Below, piece by piece: positions 51,540 to 60,282 of a stretch of DNA of 64,000 nt. The DNA comes from a virus. The position numbers and the translations under genes are program-made. Each line of letters begins with the position of its first letter. Within the stretch, counting starts at the first letter, position 1. The stretch is from IMG/VR virus record IMGVR_UViG_3300049049_000237, positions 16,003 through 80,002 of that record; one strand, given 5' to 3'. The notes below the pieces were generated by a model, which saw only the letters and a list, made by a program, of their open reading frames with translations, was not told the origin of the DNA and did not search any database.

Positions 51540-51767
51540 TCATTCATCTGCTGCGACGCCCGTGTGGAAACGGGCGTGGTAGACGAACCCCTTGCTTCGG
51601 GGTGACGGCCGGATGTTGGAGGGGCCGCCGTCCTCCTTCCCACATGCCCACCGGGGCGCGATGAAGAGCCGAGGCTTGGCTGACCCCGTCTCACATGGAT
51701 CGTCGCTCACACCCCAGCCCGGGGCGATGAGCGCCGCGAGTATCATGAGTATGAGCAGAACGACCAT
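51540..51767 (-). CDS. Small putative membrane/secreted protein
   Basis: Hydrophobic N-terminus; weak coding support. Confidence 0.35.
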   Translation of the reverse strand: MVVLLILMILAALIAPGWGVSDDPCETGSAKPRLFIAPRWACGKEDGGPSNIRPSPRSKGFVYHARFHTGVAADE

Positions 51768-51801
51768 TGCGATCTACTTATAGTTGAAGGCTTTCCCGAT
51801 T

Positions 51802-53130
51802 TCAACCGGGGTCGCGCAACTCGATCGTCTGCGTGCCGCGTCGCACGTCCCAGTCGTCGGGCGAGGTGTCGACGTGGAGCTTGATGTCCGGGAAGCGGCG
51901 GCGGAAGTGCTTGATCTCTTCGAGCACTCGGTCACGCAGCGTCGGGTGCACGGTCTTGGCGCTGCGCAGTTCGAGACGATAGACGAACGCCGGCAGATCC
52001 TGCGTCACCTCGCACACGACGTTGAAGCCGAGCGAGTAATAGTACTGCTTCGTGATCTTGTCGGTGGGCAGCGCCTCGATGCGTTCCGTCTGGTCGCGCA
52101 CGAGGTCGATCGCTTCATGCGCCATCTTCGCGGGCATCTGCTCGAAGTACCAGAGGCAGAAGTTGTTGATCCCGGTCAGCAACGGCATCCGGATCGTTCC
52201 GTTGCGGTGGCGCTGAAGGTCTCGATACGAACCGAAGTCCAGCAGGAACCGCGAGTGGATCACGCCGAGGTTGCTGAGGAAGCGAGGGAGCTCGACTCCC
52301 GCAGGGCGATTCCAGAGGAGGTCGACGTTGTCCTCCAGCGCGATGTCGTCGATGCACGCCTTGAACCAGACGTCCCCGACGTTCATCGGGCCCCACGCGG
52401 ACTCAGCGTACGCATGCTGCGCCATGACCTTGCTGCGGTACGTGCGAGCATCCGCCGAACCACCCACGTTCCCGAAGCCGCTGCTCGGGTACTTGCGGTG
52501 GAGCTCGCTCGCGATGCCCTCAGCCATGCGAGAGATGCGCGGATCCGGATGCACGACGAGCGTCGCGAGCTTGTCCCGCGCCTGACGAAGGTTCGTGTGC
52601 CACGCGACGTTCGTCGTCGCACCCGCGGGCAGGAACGCACGCAGGATGTCGAAGACGCGAGCCTTCACCGCGCGCTCGTAGTCCTTCTCGTCCTCTCCTT
52701 CGTTGCGCGGGTACTTCTGCCGGATGTGCTCCGTCAGCTCCGGCTGCGACTTGAAGTAGAACTTCATCCACCGCTGCTGGATGTCCCAGGAGTCCGTGGT
52801 GCCGAGCGGATCCTGGATCGGCTGCTTGGAGAAATCGATGTAGCGGGTGGACGACTCCTGCCCCGAGTAGAGCGGGTGGTCCTGGATGGCCTTGGCAGCG
52901 AGGATCGAGATGCCCTCGACGAAGATGCTCGTCGAGCCGCAGTCCGCGATGCTCTTGTGACCGTAGCGCACGTAGTACTGCGACATGAACTTGCCGCTAC
53001 CGGCAGCCTTCACGCGCTCCAGATGCTCCACCACGCTCGCGGGCGAGCGGGAGTAGAGCGCGGCCAGCATCGCGACGTCCTCGGGAGCTTCGTCGTCGAC
53101 GATGATGATCTTCGCCTTGTCCGTGTTCAT
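51802..53130 (-). CDS. thyX: Flavin-dependent thymidylate synthase (long tandem form)
   Basis: ALYSRS, YGHKSIAD, QESSTRYIDF, R.FLPAG..TN..N.R, YRDLQRHR. Confidence 0.88.
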   Translation of the reverse strand: MNTDKAKIIIVDDEAPEDVAMLAALYSRSPASVVEHLERVKAAGSGKFMSQYYVRYGHKSIADCGSTSIFVEGISILAAKAIQDHPLYSGQESSTRYIDFSKQPIQDPLGTTDSWDIQQRWMKFYFKSQPELTEHIRQKYPRNEGEDEKDYERAVKARVFDILRAFLPAGATTNVAWHTNLRQARDKLATLVVHPDPRISRMAEGIASELHRKYPSSGFGNVGGSADARTYRSKVMAQHAYAESAWGPMNVGDVWFKACIDDIALEDNVDLLWNRPAGVELPRFLSNLGVIHSRFLLDFGSYRDLQRHRNGTIRMPLLTGINNFCLWYFEQMPAKMAHEAIDLVRDQTERIEALPTDKITKQYYYSLGFNVVCEVTQDLPAFVYRLELRSAKTVHPTLRDRVLEEIKHFRRRFPDIKLHVDTSPDDWDVRRGTQTIELRDPG

Positions 53131-53145
53131 GTTCTTTGGTTTCCT

Positions 53146-53889
53146 TCAGCGACGGCGGGTTGCGGACGGGAGCATGGTGCGAAGGTCGCCCTTCTTGGCG
53201 GTCGCACGCACTCGGTTGCCAGTGACCGCGACGGTGACGTCGGCTGCCTCCTGGCGCGTCTTCTTCGAGCGCTTCTTGGGACGGTCGGGCGACCCCTTGA
53301 GATTGATGGGAGGCACCGGAACGCTCTTGGCCCCGTTGTTGAGGGCGTCGACGTCGATGCCGAGCTCGCGTGCCGTCTTCTGATCCATGAGCACGCCACC
53401 TTCCCGCGGAAGCCTGTCCGGATTCGTCTCGACGACATCCGGAGGAAGCCCGTGCTCACGACGAAGAAGGCTCTCGTCGATGGCGAGCCCGAAGAGCGTC
53501 TTCGCGAGGTCCTTCGTCGCCACCGGGTCGAAGGACGTCAGCGCCTCAGCCCGCTGGATAGCAGAGTCGAAGACCGAGAGGGCGATCGGGTCCTTCGCGA
53601 GCTCGCGATAGAGCGCGAGCAGCATGTGCGCGTTCTCCGCGCGCTCCTCGAACGCCTTCATGTCCGCTTCGATCGTCTTGTTCACGCGGTTGAGGCGCTC
53701 GATGGTCGAGACGTGGTCCGTGTTCTCCTTCTGTAGACGCTTGTTCTCGCGATCGAGCTCCTGGACCTTGAGCAGGACGTGGTTCGACGAACGCTTCAGC
53801 GACCCGAGGTGCTGGCGCAGTTCATCGGCGGTGAGCTTCTCCCAGGTGGACTCGTCGGGAAGCATGAGCTCGCTCATCTCACTCTCCAT
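53146..53889 (-). CDS. Coiled-coil hypothetical protein with basic tail
   Basis: Heptad pattern in the N-terminal half. Confidence 0.6.
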   Translation of the reverse strand: MESEMSELMLPDESTWEKLTADELRQHLGSLKRSSNHVLLKVQELDRENKRLQKENTDHVSTIERLNRVNKTIEADMKAFEERAENAHMLLALYRELAKDPIALSVFDSAIQRAEALTSFDPVATKDLAKTLFGLAIDESLLRREHGLPPDVVETNPDRLPREGGVLMDQKTARELGIDVDALNNGAKSVPVPPINLKGSPDRPKKRSKKTRQEAADVTVAVTGNRVRATAKKGDLRTMLPSATRRR

Positions 53890-54469
53890 CCTTCTGCACG
53901 CGCGACGCAGTCACGCCTGCCTGGTTCTGGTACTTCGACTTGAGGTCGGGATGCCCGTACGGCATCACCGCGGGGAAGTCCATGAGCTGGAAGCTGACCT
54001 GACAGATCCGCGTCCCAGCGGGGATGACGATCGGGTGGCGGCTCACGTTGTAGAACTCCAGCGTGATTTCGCCCTCGAAGCCCGGGTCGATGAGCCCCGC
54101 CGTGATGTGAATCAGCAGGCCCATGCGACCGATCGAGGAACGCCCGTCCACCTTCGCGAGCACGTTCTTCGGAACGTAGACGCGCTCCATCGTGGTGCCG
54201 AGCACGAACTCGCCGGGCAGAATCTCCAGCGAGTCGCGCTCGTAGCGCACCATCTCTTTCTCCGCATCGAACGCGTCCGCTTCGAGGACACGTCGGTGCG
54301 CATTGAGATCGTGCTTGTACTTCATGAAGGAGATGCCGAGGCGCAGGTCGATGCCCGCCGGCTGGATCTGCCTGCGCTCACGAGTCGGTAGCGGATCGAT
54401 GCGGATCGGATCCGAGTGCTCGTGCGGGGCGTTCAGCATCCAGAGTAAGGTGCGGTCGCTGAGGATCAT
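53879..54469 (-). CDS. dcd: dCTP deaminase
   Basis: MILSD, IQPAGIDLRLG, PGEFVLG.T.E, GRSSIGRMGL, AGLIDPGFEG.ITLE, YQNQ. Confidence 0.95.
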   Translation of the reverse strand: MILSDRTLLWMLNAPHEHSDPIRIDPLPTRERRQIQPAGIDLRLGISFMKYKHDLNAHRRVLEADAFDAEKEMVRYERDSLEILPGEFVLGTTMERVYVPKNVLAKVDGRSSIGRMGLLIHITAGLIDPGFEGEITLEFYNVSRHPIVIPAGTRICQVSFQLMDFPAVMPYGHPDLKSKYQNQAGVTASRVQKDGE

Positions 54470-54492
54470 GTTCTCGCTTTCGGTCTAGCTGT

Positions 54493-54990
54493 TCATGCAT
54501 CAGCCATCGGCCCATAGGCCTCGGCGGGGATGAGATGCGGAAGGAAGTTGGTCGCGGGGTGTGCGTTCCCGAGGTCACGGAAGATCAAGTTCTCGCCTTC
54601 CTTCGGAGCGACCCACACGCGAAGACCACCGAACTTCTGGTCGACGTAGATGATGATGGACGGCACCGGCTGCGCGACCTGGTCTGCCGCATCGAGCACA
54701 GCGACCGGCAGTTCGATCACAGCAGCAGCGACGTGCGCATCCACGATACGAACGACGGCACCGATTGCCGTCGAGAAACGACGAAGCCCTTCGAGCGTAT
54801 CGACCGGCGGCGTAGCGTGCACGATGTTCAGCACCGCCTTCGGGGCTTCTTCCCCGGGCGGGCTGGGCACCGGACGCTTCGTACCGAGCAGATACGCCGA
54901 GCCGACCAGCTTCTTGTTTCCCTTGTAGCTCTCGTTCGCCTTCTGCATGAGATCCGCCAGAAGGGACTCGAACGTGAACTTCTGATCCAT
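54493..54990 (-). CDS. Hypothetical protein
   Basis: From MDQKF; GGAG SD. Confidence 0.6.
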   Translation of the reverse strand: MDQKFTFESLLADLMQKANESYKGNKKLVGSAYLLGTKRPVPSPPGEEAPKAVLNIVHATPPVDTLEGLRRFSTAIGAVVRIVDAHVAAAVIELPVAVLDAADQVAQPVPSIIIYVDQKFGGLRVWVAPKEGENLIFRDLGNAHPATNFLPHLIPAEAYGPMADA

Positions 54991-55012
54991 GTTGTTGTTC
55001 TCCGTGACCAGC

Positions 55013-55046
55013 AAAAGATGGGAGCGCCCTGGAAGGCGCTCTCATC
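55013..55046 (-). terminator. Intrinsic terminator
   Basis: GATGAGAGCGCC..GGCGCTCCCATC then TTTTGC. Confidence 0.75.
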
Positions 55047-55064
55047 CTCTACTAGCCCATCTCC

Positions 55065-55724
55065 TCACAGAAGGTAGAGGAGCGTGATGTCCAGCTCTCG
55101 CTGCCTGCGGTTGACATCGTCCCGCGACTGCTGCGGACGGTTGCTGTTGCGATCGGAGCGGCCTCGCTGGGGCTGGCGGTTCTGCTGACGCTGCTCCTGG
55201 GGCGGGGCTGCCTTCTTCTTCTCGATGGTGCGCGCGACCGCGCTCATGGCAGTCGGCGTGAACGGGCGATGCGTGACCGGCTTCTTGCTCGGAGGCGGCA
55301 TCTCCGCCTGCTTCTTGCCATACTCCGCCATGATGATGGTGAGGTTCTCCAGAACCTCGAACTGAGCGACCGTGCTGGCGGGCAGCGCAGCCTCCAGCGG
55401 GTTCGCCGGGAGGATGTCGAAGTCGTCCATCGCCTCGACCTCACCGTTGTCGGTGCGCATGCGGCGGGGGACACGCCGCGTCAGGAACGGCAGCAGGCGG
55501 TAGCCCTTGTCCGGATGCTCGAAGATCATGATGCGCATCCGGAGGCGCTGGTTGCTCGGGTCCGGGACGAGCTCGTGGATCTTCACGAGCCACCCGGTCG
55601 GCGGGCTCTGCACGACGTCGTTCGCGGAGCGCTGGACGGGCGCACGCGTACGACCTCTCTGCGGCTGATGACGCTCACTGAACTGAGCGGGCGTGTTCAT
55701 GTTCGTGTTCGTGTCGGCAGACAT
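55065..55724 (-). CDS. Hypothetical protein with Gln/Arg-rich termini
   Basis: CCTATCAG and GGAGG upstream. Confidence 0.65.
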   Translation of the reverse strand: MSADTNTNMNTPAQFSERHQPQRGRTRAPVQRSANDVVQSPPTGWLVKIHELVPDPSNQRLRMRIMIFEHPDKGYRLLPFLTRRVPRRMRTDNGEVEAMDDFDILPANPLEAALPASTVAQFEVLENLTIIMAEYGKKQAEMPPPSKKPVTHRPFTPTAMSAVARTIEKKKAAPPQEQRQQNRQPQRGRSDRNSNRPQQSRDDVNRRQRELDITLLYLL

Positions 55725-55746
55725 GGACCAACCTCCCTGTACCTCC

Positions 55747-55754
55747 CTGATAGG
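55747..55754 (-). promoter_or_regulatory. CCTATCAG promoter-like motif
   Basis: 23 bp upstream of the 55724 ATG. Confidence 0.55.
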
Positions 55755-55770
55755 TGGTTCCCAGGGTTGG

Positions 55771-56223
55771 TTACACGAAGTTGTCGGGGCAGTTCCAGAG
55801 GTCCTGGATGGCCCGCAGCAACTGCGCGAGCTCCTCCGACACGTAGATCGTCGGGACGACCTTCTGCCGCTTGATGGCCACGGGCTTGGTGTTGTCCGAG
55901 AGCATGTGCGCCCTCCACGGCCCCAGAGCCTGGTTCGAGAAGTTGACCGAGAACGAGGAATGCGTCTTCACGGACGGAGCGATCGCAGGCTTCGTACCCG
56001 GAGCGATGTCGGACGACGCGAGGCAGAAGAGGATGCCGGCGCGGCAGTACTCCAGACGCTTCCCGTCGTTCAGCGTGGACAGGCGGCCTACGAGCGCTGC
56101 GTTGCGCCGCATCGCCTCGTTGGTCGCCAGCGACTTGTAGAAGGACCTCATCTCCGGGATGCGGATGTCGTCCTCCTGCATCTTGAGGATGATGAGGCCG
56201 ATCTCCTCGGGCGTCATGGTCAC
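55771..56223 (-). CDS. Hypothetical protein
   Basis: Coupled ORF. Confidence 0.55.
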   Translation of the reverse strand: MTMTPEEIGLIILKMQEDDIRIPEMRSFYKSLATNEAMRRNAALVGRLSTLNDGKRLEYCRAGILFCLASSDIAPGTKPAIAPSVKTHSSFSVNFSNQALGPWRAHMLSDNTKPVAIKRQKVVPTIYVSEELAQLLRAIQDLWNCPDNFV

Positions 56224-56507
56224 GCGACCGCTCCCAGCCCGCTCGCGAGGACGAGATCGCGCGTCTGCACTTCGAGGACGTTCACTTCACGCATCTCGAA
56301 GTCGATGTTCGCGAAGCCATGCCGGCGGCCGAACTCCGCCCATGCGATCTTCGCCGCCGCGGGGCTGTCTGCGTGACGCTCCATCAGGCCGACGAGATCG
56401 TCGTCCGTGAGGCGGCGAAGGATCATCTTCAGGTTCGAGACGCCGCGGGGCCGAGCGACCCACGAAAAGAAACGAAACAGTCGGACTCGGGTATCGTTGT
56501 TGTTCAT
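56220..56507 (-). CDS. Hypothetical protein
   Basis: From MNNNDT; GAAC-ATG leader. Confidence 0.55.
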   Translation of the reverse strand: MNNNDTRVRLFRFFSWVARPRGVSNLKMILRRLTDDDLVGLMERHADSPAAAKIAWAEFGRRHGFANIDFEMREVNVLEVQTRDLVLASGLGAVA

Positions 56508-56514
56508 GTTCTCA

Positions 56515-56883
56515 CTACGGGTTGTGGAAGTCCCACTCGTCGATTTCGGTCCACCCAACCTCTCCACGCACGTCGCTCGTGACCGTGACGTACACGGGGC
56601 TCGTCGCCTGCGTGTTGAGGACCTCGTCCACGTCCGCGCGCTCGATGGGACGATCGAGCACGAGGAGGAACTGCTGGGTCGGGGGCCAGCCTGCGGCGAT
56701 CGAGATGCGCGAAGGTGCGCTGCCACCACGCTCCATCCAGCGGATGTAGAGCGAGTAGCGACGCACCGAGTTCGCCGCATCGATCGCGCGTTGTAGATCT
56801 GCAAGGCCCTCCGCGTCGGTCCTTCGCCCATTGGCGTAGTCCAGGAGGGCCTCGTACTGGTCCCGCGACATGCTGATCGGCAT
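56515..56883 (-). CDS. Hypothetical protein
   Basis: Strong codon bias; Trp-containing beta domain. Confidence 0.65.
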   Translation of the reverse strand: MPISMSRDQYEALLDYANGRRTDAEGLADLQRAIDAANSVRRYSLYIRWMERGGSAPSRISIAAGWPPTQQFLLVLDRPIERADVDEVLNTQATSPVYVTVTSDVRGEVGWTEIDEWDFHNP

Positions 56884-56895
56884 GCCGCGATTCTA

Positions 56896-57606
56896 CTACA
56901 CGTCCGTCAGCAGGTGCTTGTGGATCTCGGCCGTCGTCCAGTACGGGAACGAGAACCTGAAGTTCGTCTTGAGTGCGGACGACCAGCGAGCGAAGAGAGC
57001 ACGCTTCGCTCGCGGCACGATGTAGTAGCCGCCGATGCCTCCGAGCGGCGAGCCCATGCCCTCGAAGCGGCGCACGTGCGGATTCTTCGTGGTGTGGGCC
57101 GCCGTGGTGTGGGCGTCCACGACGCAGTGGACCTTGCCTTCCATGCAGAGGTGGTCGCGCACGCGATCGGCGAACCCATTGTCGCCGCCGAACTCCTCCA
57201 TGTCGTCCGTGCGCTCCTTGTCGTCGTCGCGGCCCGCGTCGCAGCAGTAGAACGACACGCGCACGTCGTGGACGCTGTTCTTCGCGATGATCTTCGTCAG
57301 CCCTCCCACGTCCGGCACGCGCATGCCGAACTGGATGCCGGCCTTGAAGCCGTGACAGAAGAACGCGACGCCGTGGATCGGTCCGTTCTCGACTTCCTTC
57401 GCGAGGGTGTCGAGGACGAACGCCTTCATCCACGCCGCCGGCTTCGAGTTGTCGACGAGGTGGAGGTGGCTCTCCGGCACCGCGTGGTGCCGCATGAACG
57501 CTTTCGCTTCGGGGATGAAGGCGTGCGTGGCGTCGACCCACGGCTTGCCCGTCTTCGGGTTGATGCCGGGCTTGTTGTGGATGGGCGCGAACGAGATGAT
57601 CTTCAC
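56896..57606 (-). CDS. Putative caspase-fold (DUF4347/C80-like) cysteine peptidase
   Basis: VAFFCHG..GIQFG, VSFYCCDAG, GFAD, VVDA; GGAGG SD. Confidence 0.6.
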   Translation of the reverse strand: MKIISFAPIHNKPGINPKTGKPWVDATHAFIPEAKAFMRHHAVPESHLHLVDNSKPAAWMKAFVLDTLAKEVENGPIHGVAFFCHGFKAGIQFGMRVPDVGGLTKIIAKNSVHDVRVSFYCCDAGRDDDKERTDDMEEFGGDNGFADRVRDHLCMEGKVHCVVDAHTTAAHTTKNPHVRRFEGMGSPLGGIGGYYIVPRAKRALFARWSSALKTNFRFSFPYWTTAEIHKHLLTDV

Positions 57607-57616
57607 GGTGCCTCCT

Positions 57617-57952
57617 TCAGTCGGTCGTGTCGGACTCGTCCTTCGCGGACGTGGACTCGAAGTGCTCGAAGCCAGCTTCCAGAGCTTCCTGGTAGCTGCC
57701 CAGGCGAAGCGCGGGATCGAGGCCCTTCAAGTAGAAGTGCTCGGCTCCGCAGTCGGCGCAGATGATGGGACCGCGGATGCGGCGCATGTGGCCGTTCTCG
57801 GTCTTGTCCCACCAGCCCTTCACGTCCGTCTGCTTCACAGCGACGCCCGCGAGCTTGACGCTGCCGCCGCGCTTGGCCAGCGGGACGGCGACGCTCGCCT
57901 GCACGTGGGCGTAGAGGTTCTCCGAGTTACAGGTCTTTTCGAGACAGCGCAT
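57617..57952 (-). CDS. Zinc-binding hypothetical protein
   Basis: MRCLEKTC..ICADCG; CTATCAG motif 18 bp upstream. Confidence 0.6.
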   Translation of the reverse strand: MRCLEKTCNSENLYAHVQASVAVPLAKRGGSVKLAGVAVKQTDVKGWWDKTENGHMRRIRGPIICADCGAEHFYLKGLDPALRLGSYQEALEAGFEHFESTSAKDESDTTD

Positions 57953-58021
57953 AGGCTCCCTTCCACGAACTGATAGAGAAAACGGCACTACTGCCGCAAC
58001 TATAAGAAGAGTGGAGGCATC

Positions 58022-58750
58022 ATGGCCAACAAGCCCCACGAGCTCCGCATCAAGTTACTGAACCCGCACGGGGCGACCCCGGAGGACACTGCGATCATCG
58101 AGACGCTGGCCTCCGTGCCGCCCAAGACCAAGTTCCAGCCCGGAGACCTCGCTCTGCTCATCGAGGTTCCCAAGCACCTCCAGCACGTCGAGCTGGTACC
58201 CCGCATGTGGGAGGTGCGATTCGTCGTGAGCCGCTACCAGTTCGAGTTCCACCGCCTGCTTCATCAAACCGGAGGAATGCACGACTTCGCCATCGCACAG
58301 ATCGAGGCTGCGCGTCGCCTGCCTCGGAACCGCTGGGCCGACCCCGTCGTCTACGCACACGCCTTCCCGCACGGCGAGTGGCCGTCGTCGGCGGAGTGGT
58401 TCCCCGGGCACTGCCTTCAGCGCCTCACGATGAGAGCGCCGACCGAGGAGTGGGAGCCGATCCTCGACGAGTTCAGCTCGCCCTTCGTGGGCTACGACCC
58501 GTCGATGTTCGGGGCAGGCGTCGTACTCGACCTCGCCCCCGACATCTACGGAGACCAGCGGAACCGCAAGCGTCCGCTGGTCTTCGAGGAGGATGCTTTC
58601 CACCGGGTGTGCCTGTTCGGGCTCGAAGAGGAATCGATGGTCGCGGTCCCGCCGTATGAGCTCGACCTCGCCGCGTACGACTACTTCGGCGATCGAAGAG
58701 AGGACCCGGGTCCGATGATCGTCGACGAGGAGACCTTCAGCATCGAGTAG
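58022..58750 (+). CDS. Hypothetical protein
   Basis: GGAGG SD; lone plus-strand gene; Pro/Trp-rich. Confidence 0.7.
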   Translation: MANKPHELRIKLLNPHGATPEDTAIIETLASVPPKTKFQPGDLALLIEVPKHLQHVELVPRMWEVRFVVSRYQFEFHRLLHQTGGMHDFAIAQIEAARRLPRNRWADPVVYAHAFPHGEWPSSAEWFPGHCLQRLTMRAPTEEWEPILDEFSSPFVGYDPSMFGAGVVLDLAPDIYGDQRNRKRPLVFEEDAFHRVCLFGLEEESMVAVPPYELDLAAYDYFGDRREDPGPMIVDEETFSIE

Positions 58751-58751
58751 C

Positions 58752-59357
58752 TCAGCGGTTGAGGTACCCGGCCGCCCACTCCCCAGTGGTCTTCGTGTAG
58801 TACTGAGATACGACGTACGAGCGCGCGAAGCGCCGAGCGAGCAGTCCCGCCACGACTGAATCGCTCAGCGCCGCGTGCTCGACCTCGTACTCCAGGTTGT
58901 AGTGGTCGGCGAGCTCAGCGAGCTTCGCTTTTCCTTTGTGCCCCGCCTTGCGCGCCTGGTCCATCGTACAGAGCGTGTAGATGTTCGCCGGCCACTTCGA
59001 CGGGTCGACCTGCTGCGCGAGCATCCGCGTGTCGAACGGTAGGTTGTGCGACACGATCGGAAACCCGCAAAACAAGAAGTCGAAGAACCCGCGCGCGACG
59101 TCCCGGAACCGCGGCGCATCCTTCACCTTCTCGTCGGTGATGCCGTGGATGCGAACCACTTCTTCCGGGATCGGTCGTCCAGGATTCACGAGGCTGTGGA
59201 ACTGATCGACGACCCGGTTGCCTTCCATGATGACCGCGCCGAGCTCGACGATGCGGTCGTCCCTGCTGAAGCCCGTGGTCTCCAGGTCGAAGACAACGAA
59301 GGGCACCTCGGCCCAAGTCATCGCGCCGATCTCTTCCATGTCGATGTCGCTGCTCAT
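58752..59357 (-). CDS. DnaQ/epsilon-like DEDDh 3'-5' exonuclease
   Basis: VVFDLETTG, HGIT, SHNLPFD, LCT, HAALSD. Confidence 0.92.
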   Translation of the reverse strand: MSSDIDMEEIGAMTWAEVPFVVFDLETTGFSRDDRIVELGAVIMEGNRVVDQFHSLVNPGRPIPEEVVRIHGITDEKVKDAPRFRDVARGFFDFLFCGFPIVSHNLPFDTRMLAQQVDPSKWPANIYTLCTMDQARKAGHKGKAKLAELADHYNLEYEVEHAALSDSVVAGLLARRFARSYVVSQYYTKTTGEWAAGYLNR

Positions 59358-59983
59358 CTCTCCTCCGAAGGCTTCTCGCCGTGCATCTGCTCGTGGATGT
59401 ACTCGTCGGGCTTAGTGAACACGAGGTACATCGCACGAACCGAGCTCGAACAAACGCCCTCCAACTCCCTCATAGGGAGAAGGAGTACCTGCTCGCCATC
59501 GACGGTGGTCTGCTTGAGCTTCGCCACCAACGCCTTCGCGATCGCGTTCGCAGCGACGGTGCTGCGGTCGATGAACTCCTTCGTGGTGCCTTCGGCGTCG
59601 TACGTCCCAGGAAGACCCGTCGCGTCGAGCTCGGCGACGCTGTGGAACTCGTCCTCCCAGATCCGAATGATGTCGAGCATCAGACGCTGCGCTGGGTAGT
59701 ACCCCTTCGCGCACATCGTGCCGCGACGACCATAGCCTTCGGCCACCCGCTTCGCTGCGTCAGCGACGCGCTCCAACAGCTCCTTCGTCTTCACGCCGAC
59801 CGGCTGCGGGATGTAGCCGAGGGCGAGACCGTCGTCGTAGAAGTAGCGAGCCACGACCTCCGCGATCTCAGCGATCATCCCGCGCTCGCAGTGGCGCTGA
59901 ACGATGCCCTGGATCTTCGGGTCGTAGATGCCCTTCGCCTTGAACGGGCCGAGTAGATGTTTGAGCTTCACATCACGGAGCAT
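59354..59983 (-). CDS. Helical hypothetical protein
   Basis: First minus-strand gene after the repeat block. Confidence 0.6.
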   Translation of the reverse strand: MLRDVKLKHLLGPFKAKGIYDPKIQGIVQRHCERGMIAEIAEVVARYFYDDGLALGYIPQPVGVKTKELLERVADAAKRVAEGYGRRGTMCAKGYYPAQRLMLDIIRIWEDEFHSVAELDATGLPGTYDAEGTTKEFIDRSTVAANAIAKALVAKLKQTTVDGEQVLLLPMRELEGVCSSSVRAMYLVFTKPDEYIHEQMHGEKPSEER

Positions 59984-60040
59984 ACACGTATGCTCCCGCA
60001 GGTCAACGATGCCGGTACTTCGTCTTGCTCAGCTCGAACA

Positions 60041-60260
60041 GGGTAACGGAAGTAACGAAGGTAACGCAGAACGTCATTTCGATTTTGGACCAGTGCTCCT
60101 CGTTCTGACCAGGTAACGAAAGTAACGAAGGTAACTAAGGTAACGCAGATAACACAAATCAGGAGAACTCTCGATTCTAGGTACCTGTATAGAGTTAGTG
60201 ATGTAGGTGTTTGTAGTATGTGTGGGTGGCATTAGAGTTACGAAAGTTCCGATCGTTACC
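60041..60260. repeat. 9-bp-period GTAAC repeats + AT-rich tract (candidate replication origin)
   Basis: GTAAC at 60043, 60052, 60061, 60113, 60122, 60131, 60140; inverted GTTAC at 60237 and 60255. Confidence 0.75.
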
Positions 60261-60282
60261 CTATGACCAAGACGGGAGCGGC

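Noticed and set aside
25820-53130. Inteins or introns in ligase, RecD2, ThyX
   Set aside because: Motif spacing is normal; no splice-junction motifs or LAGLIDADG inserts seen
60041-60150. CRISPR array
   Set aside because: 9-bp period without unique spacers; no cas genes. No other repeat-spacer array was seen
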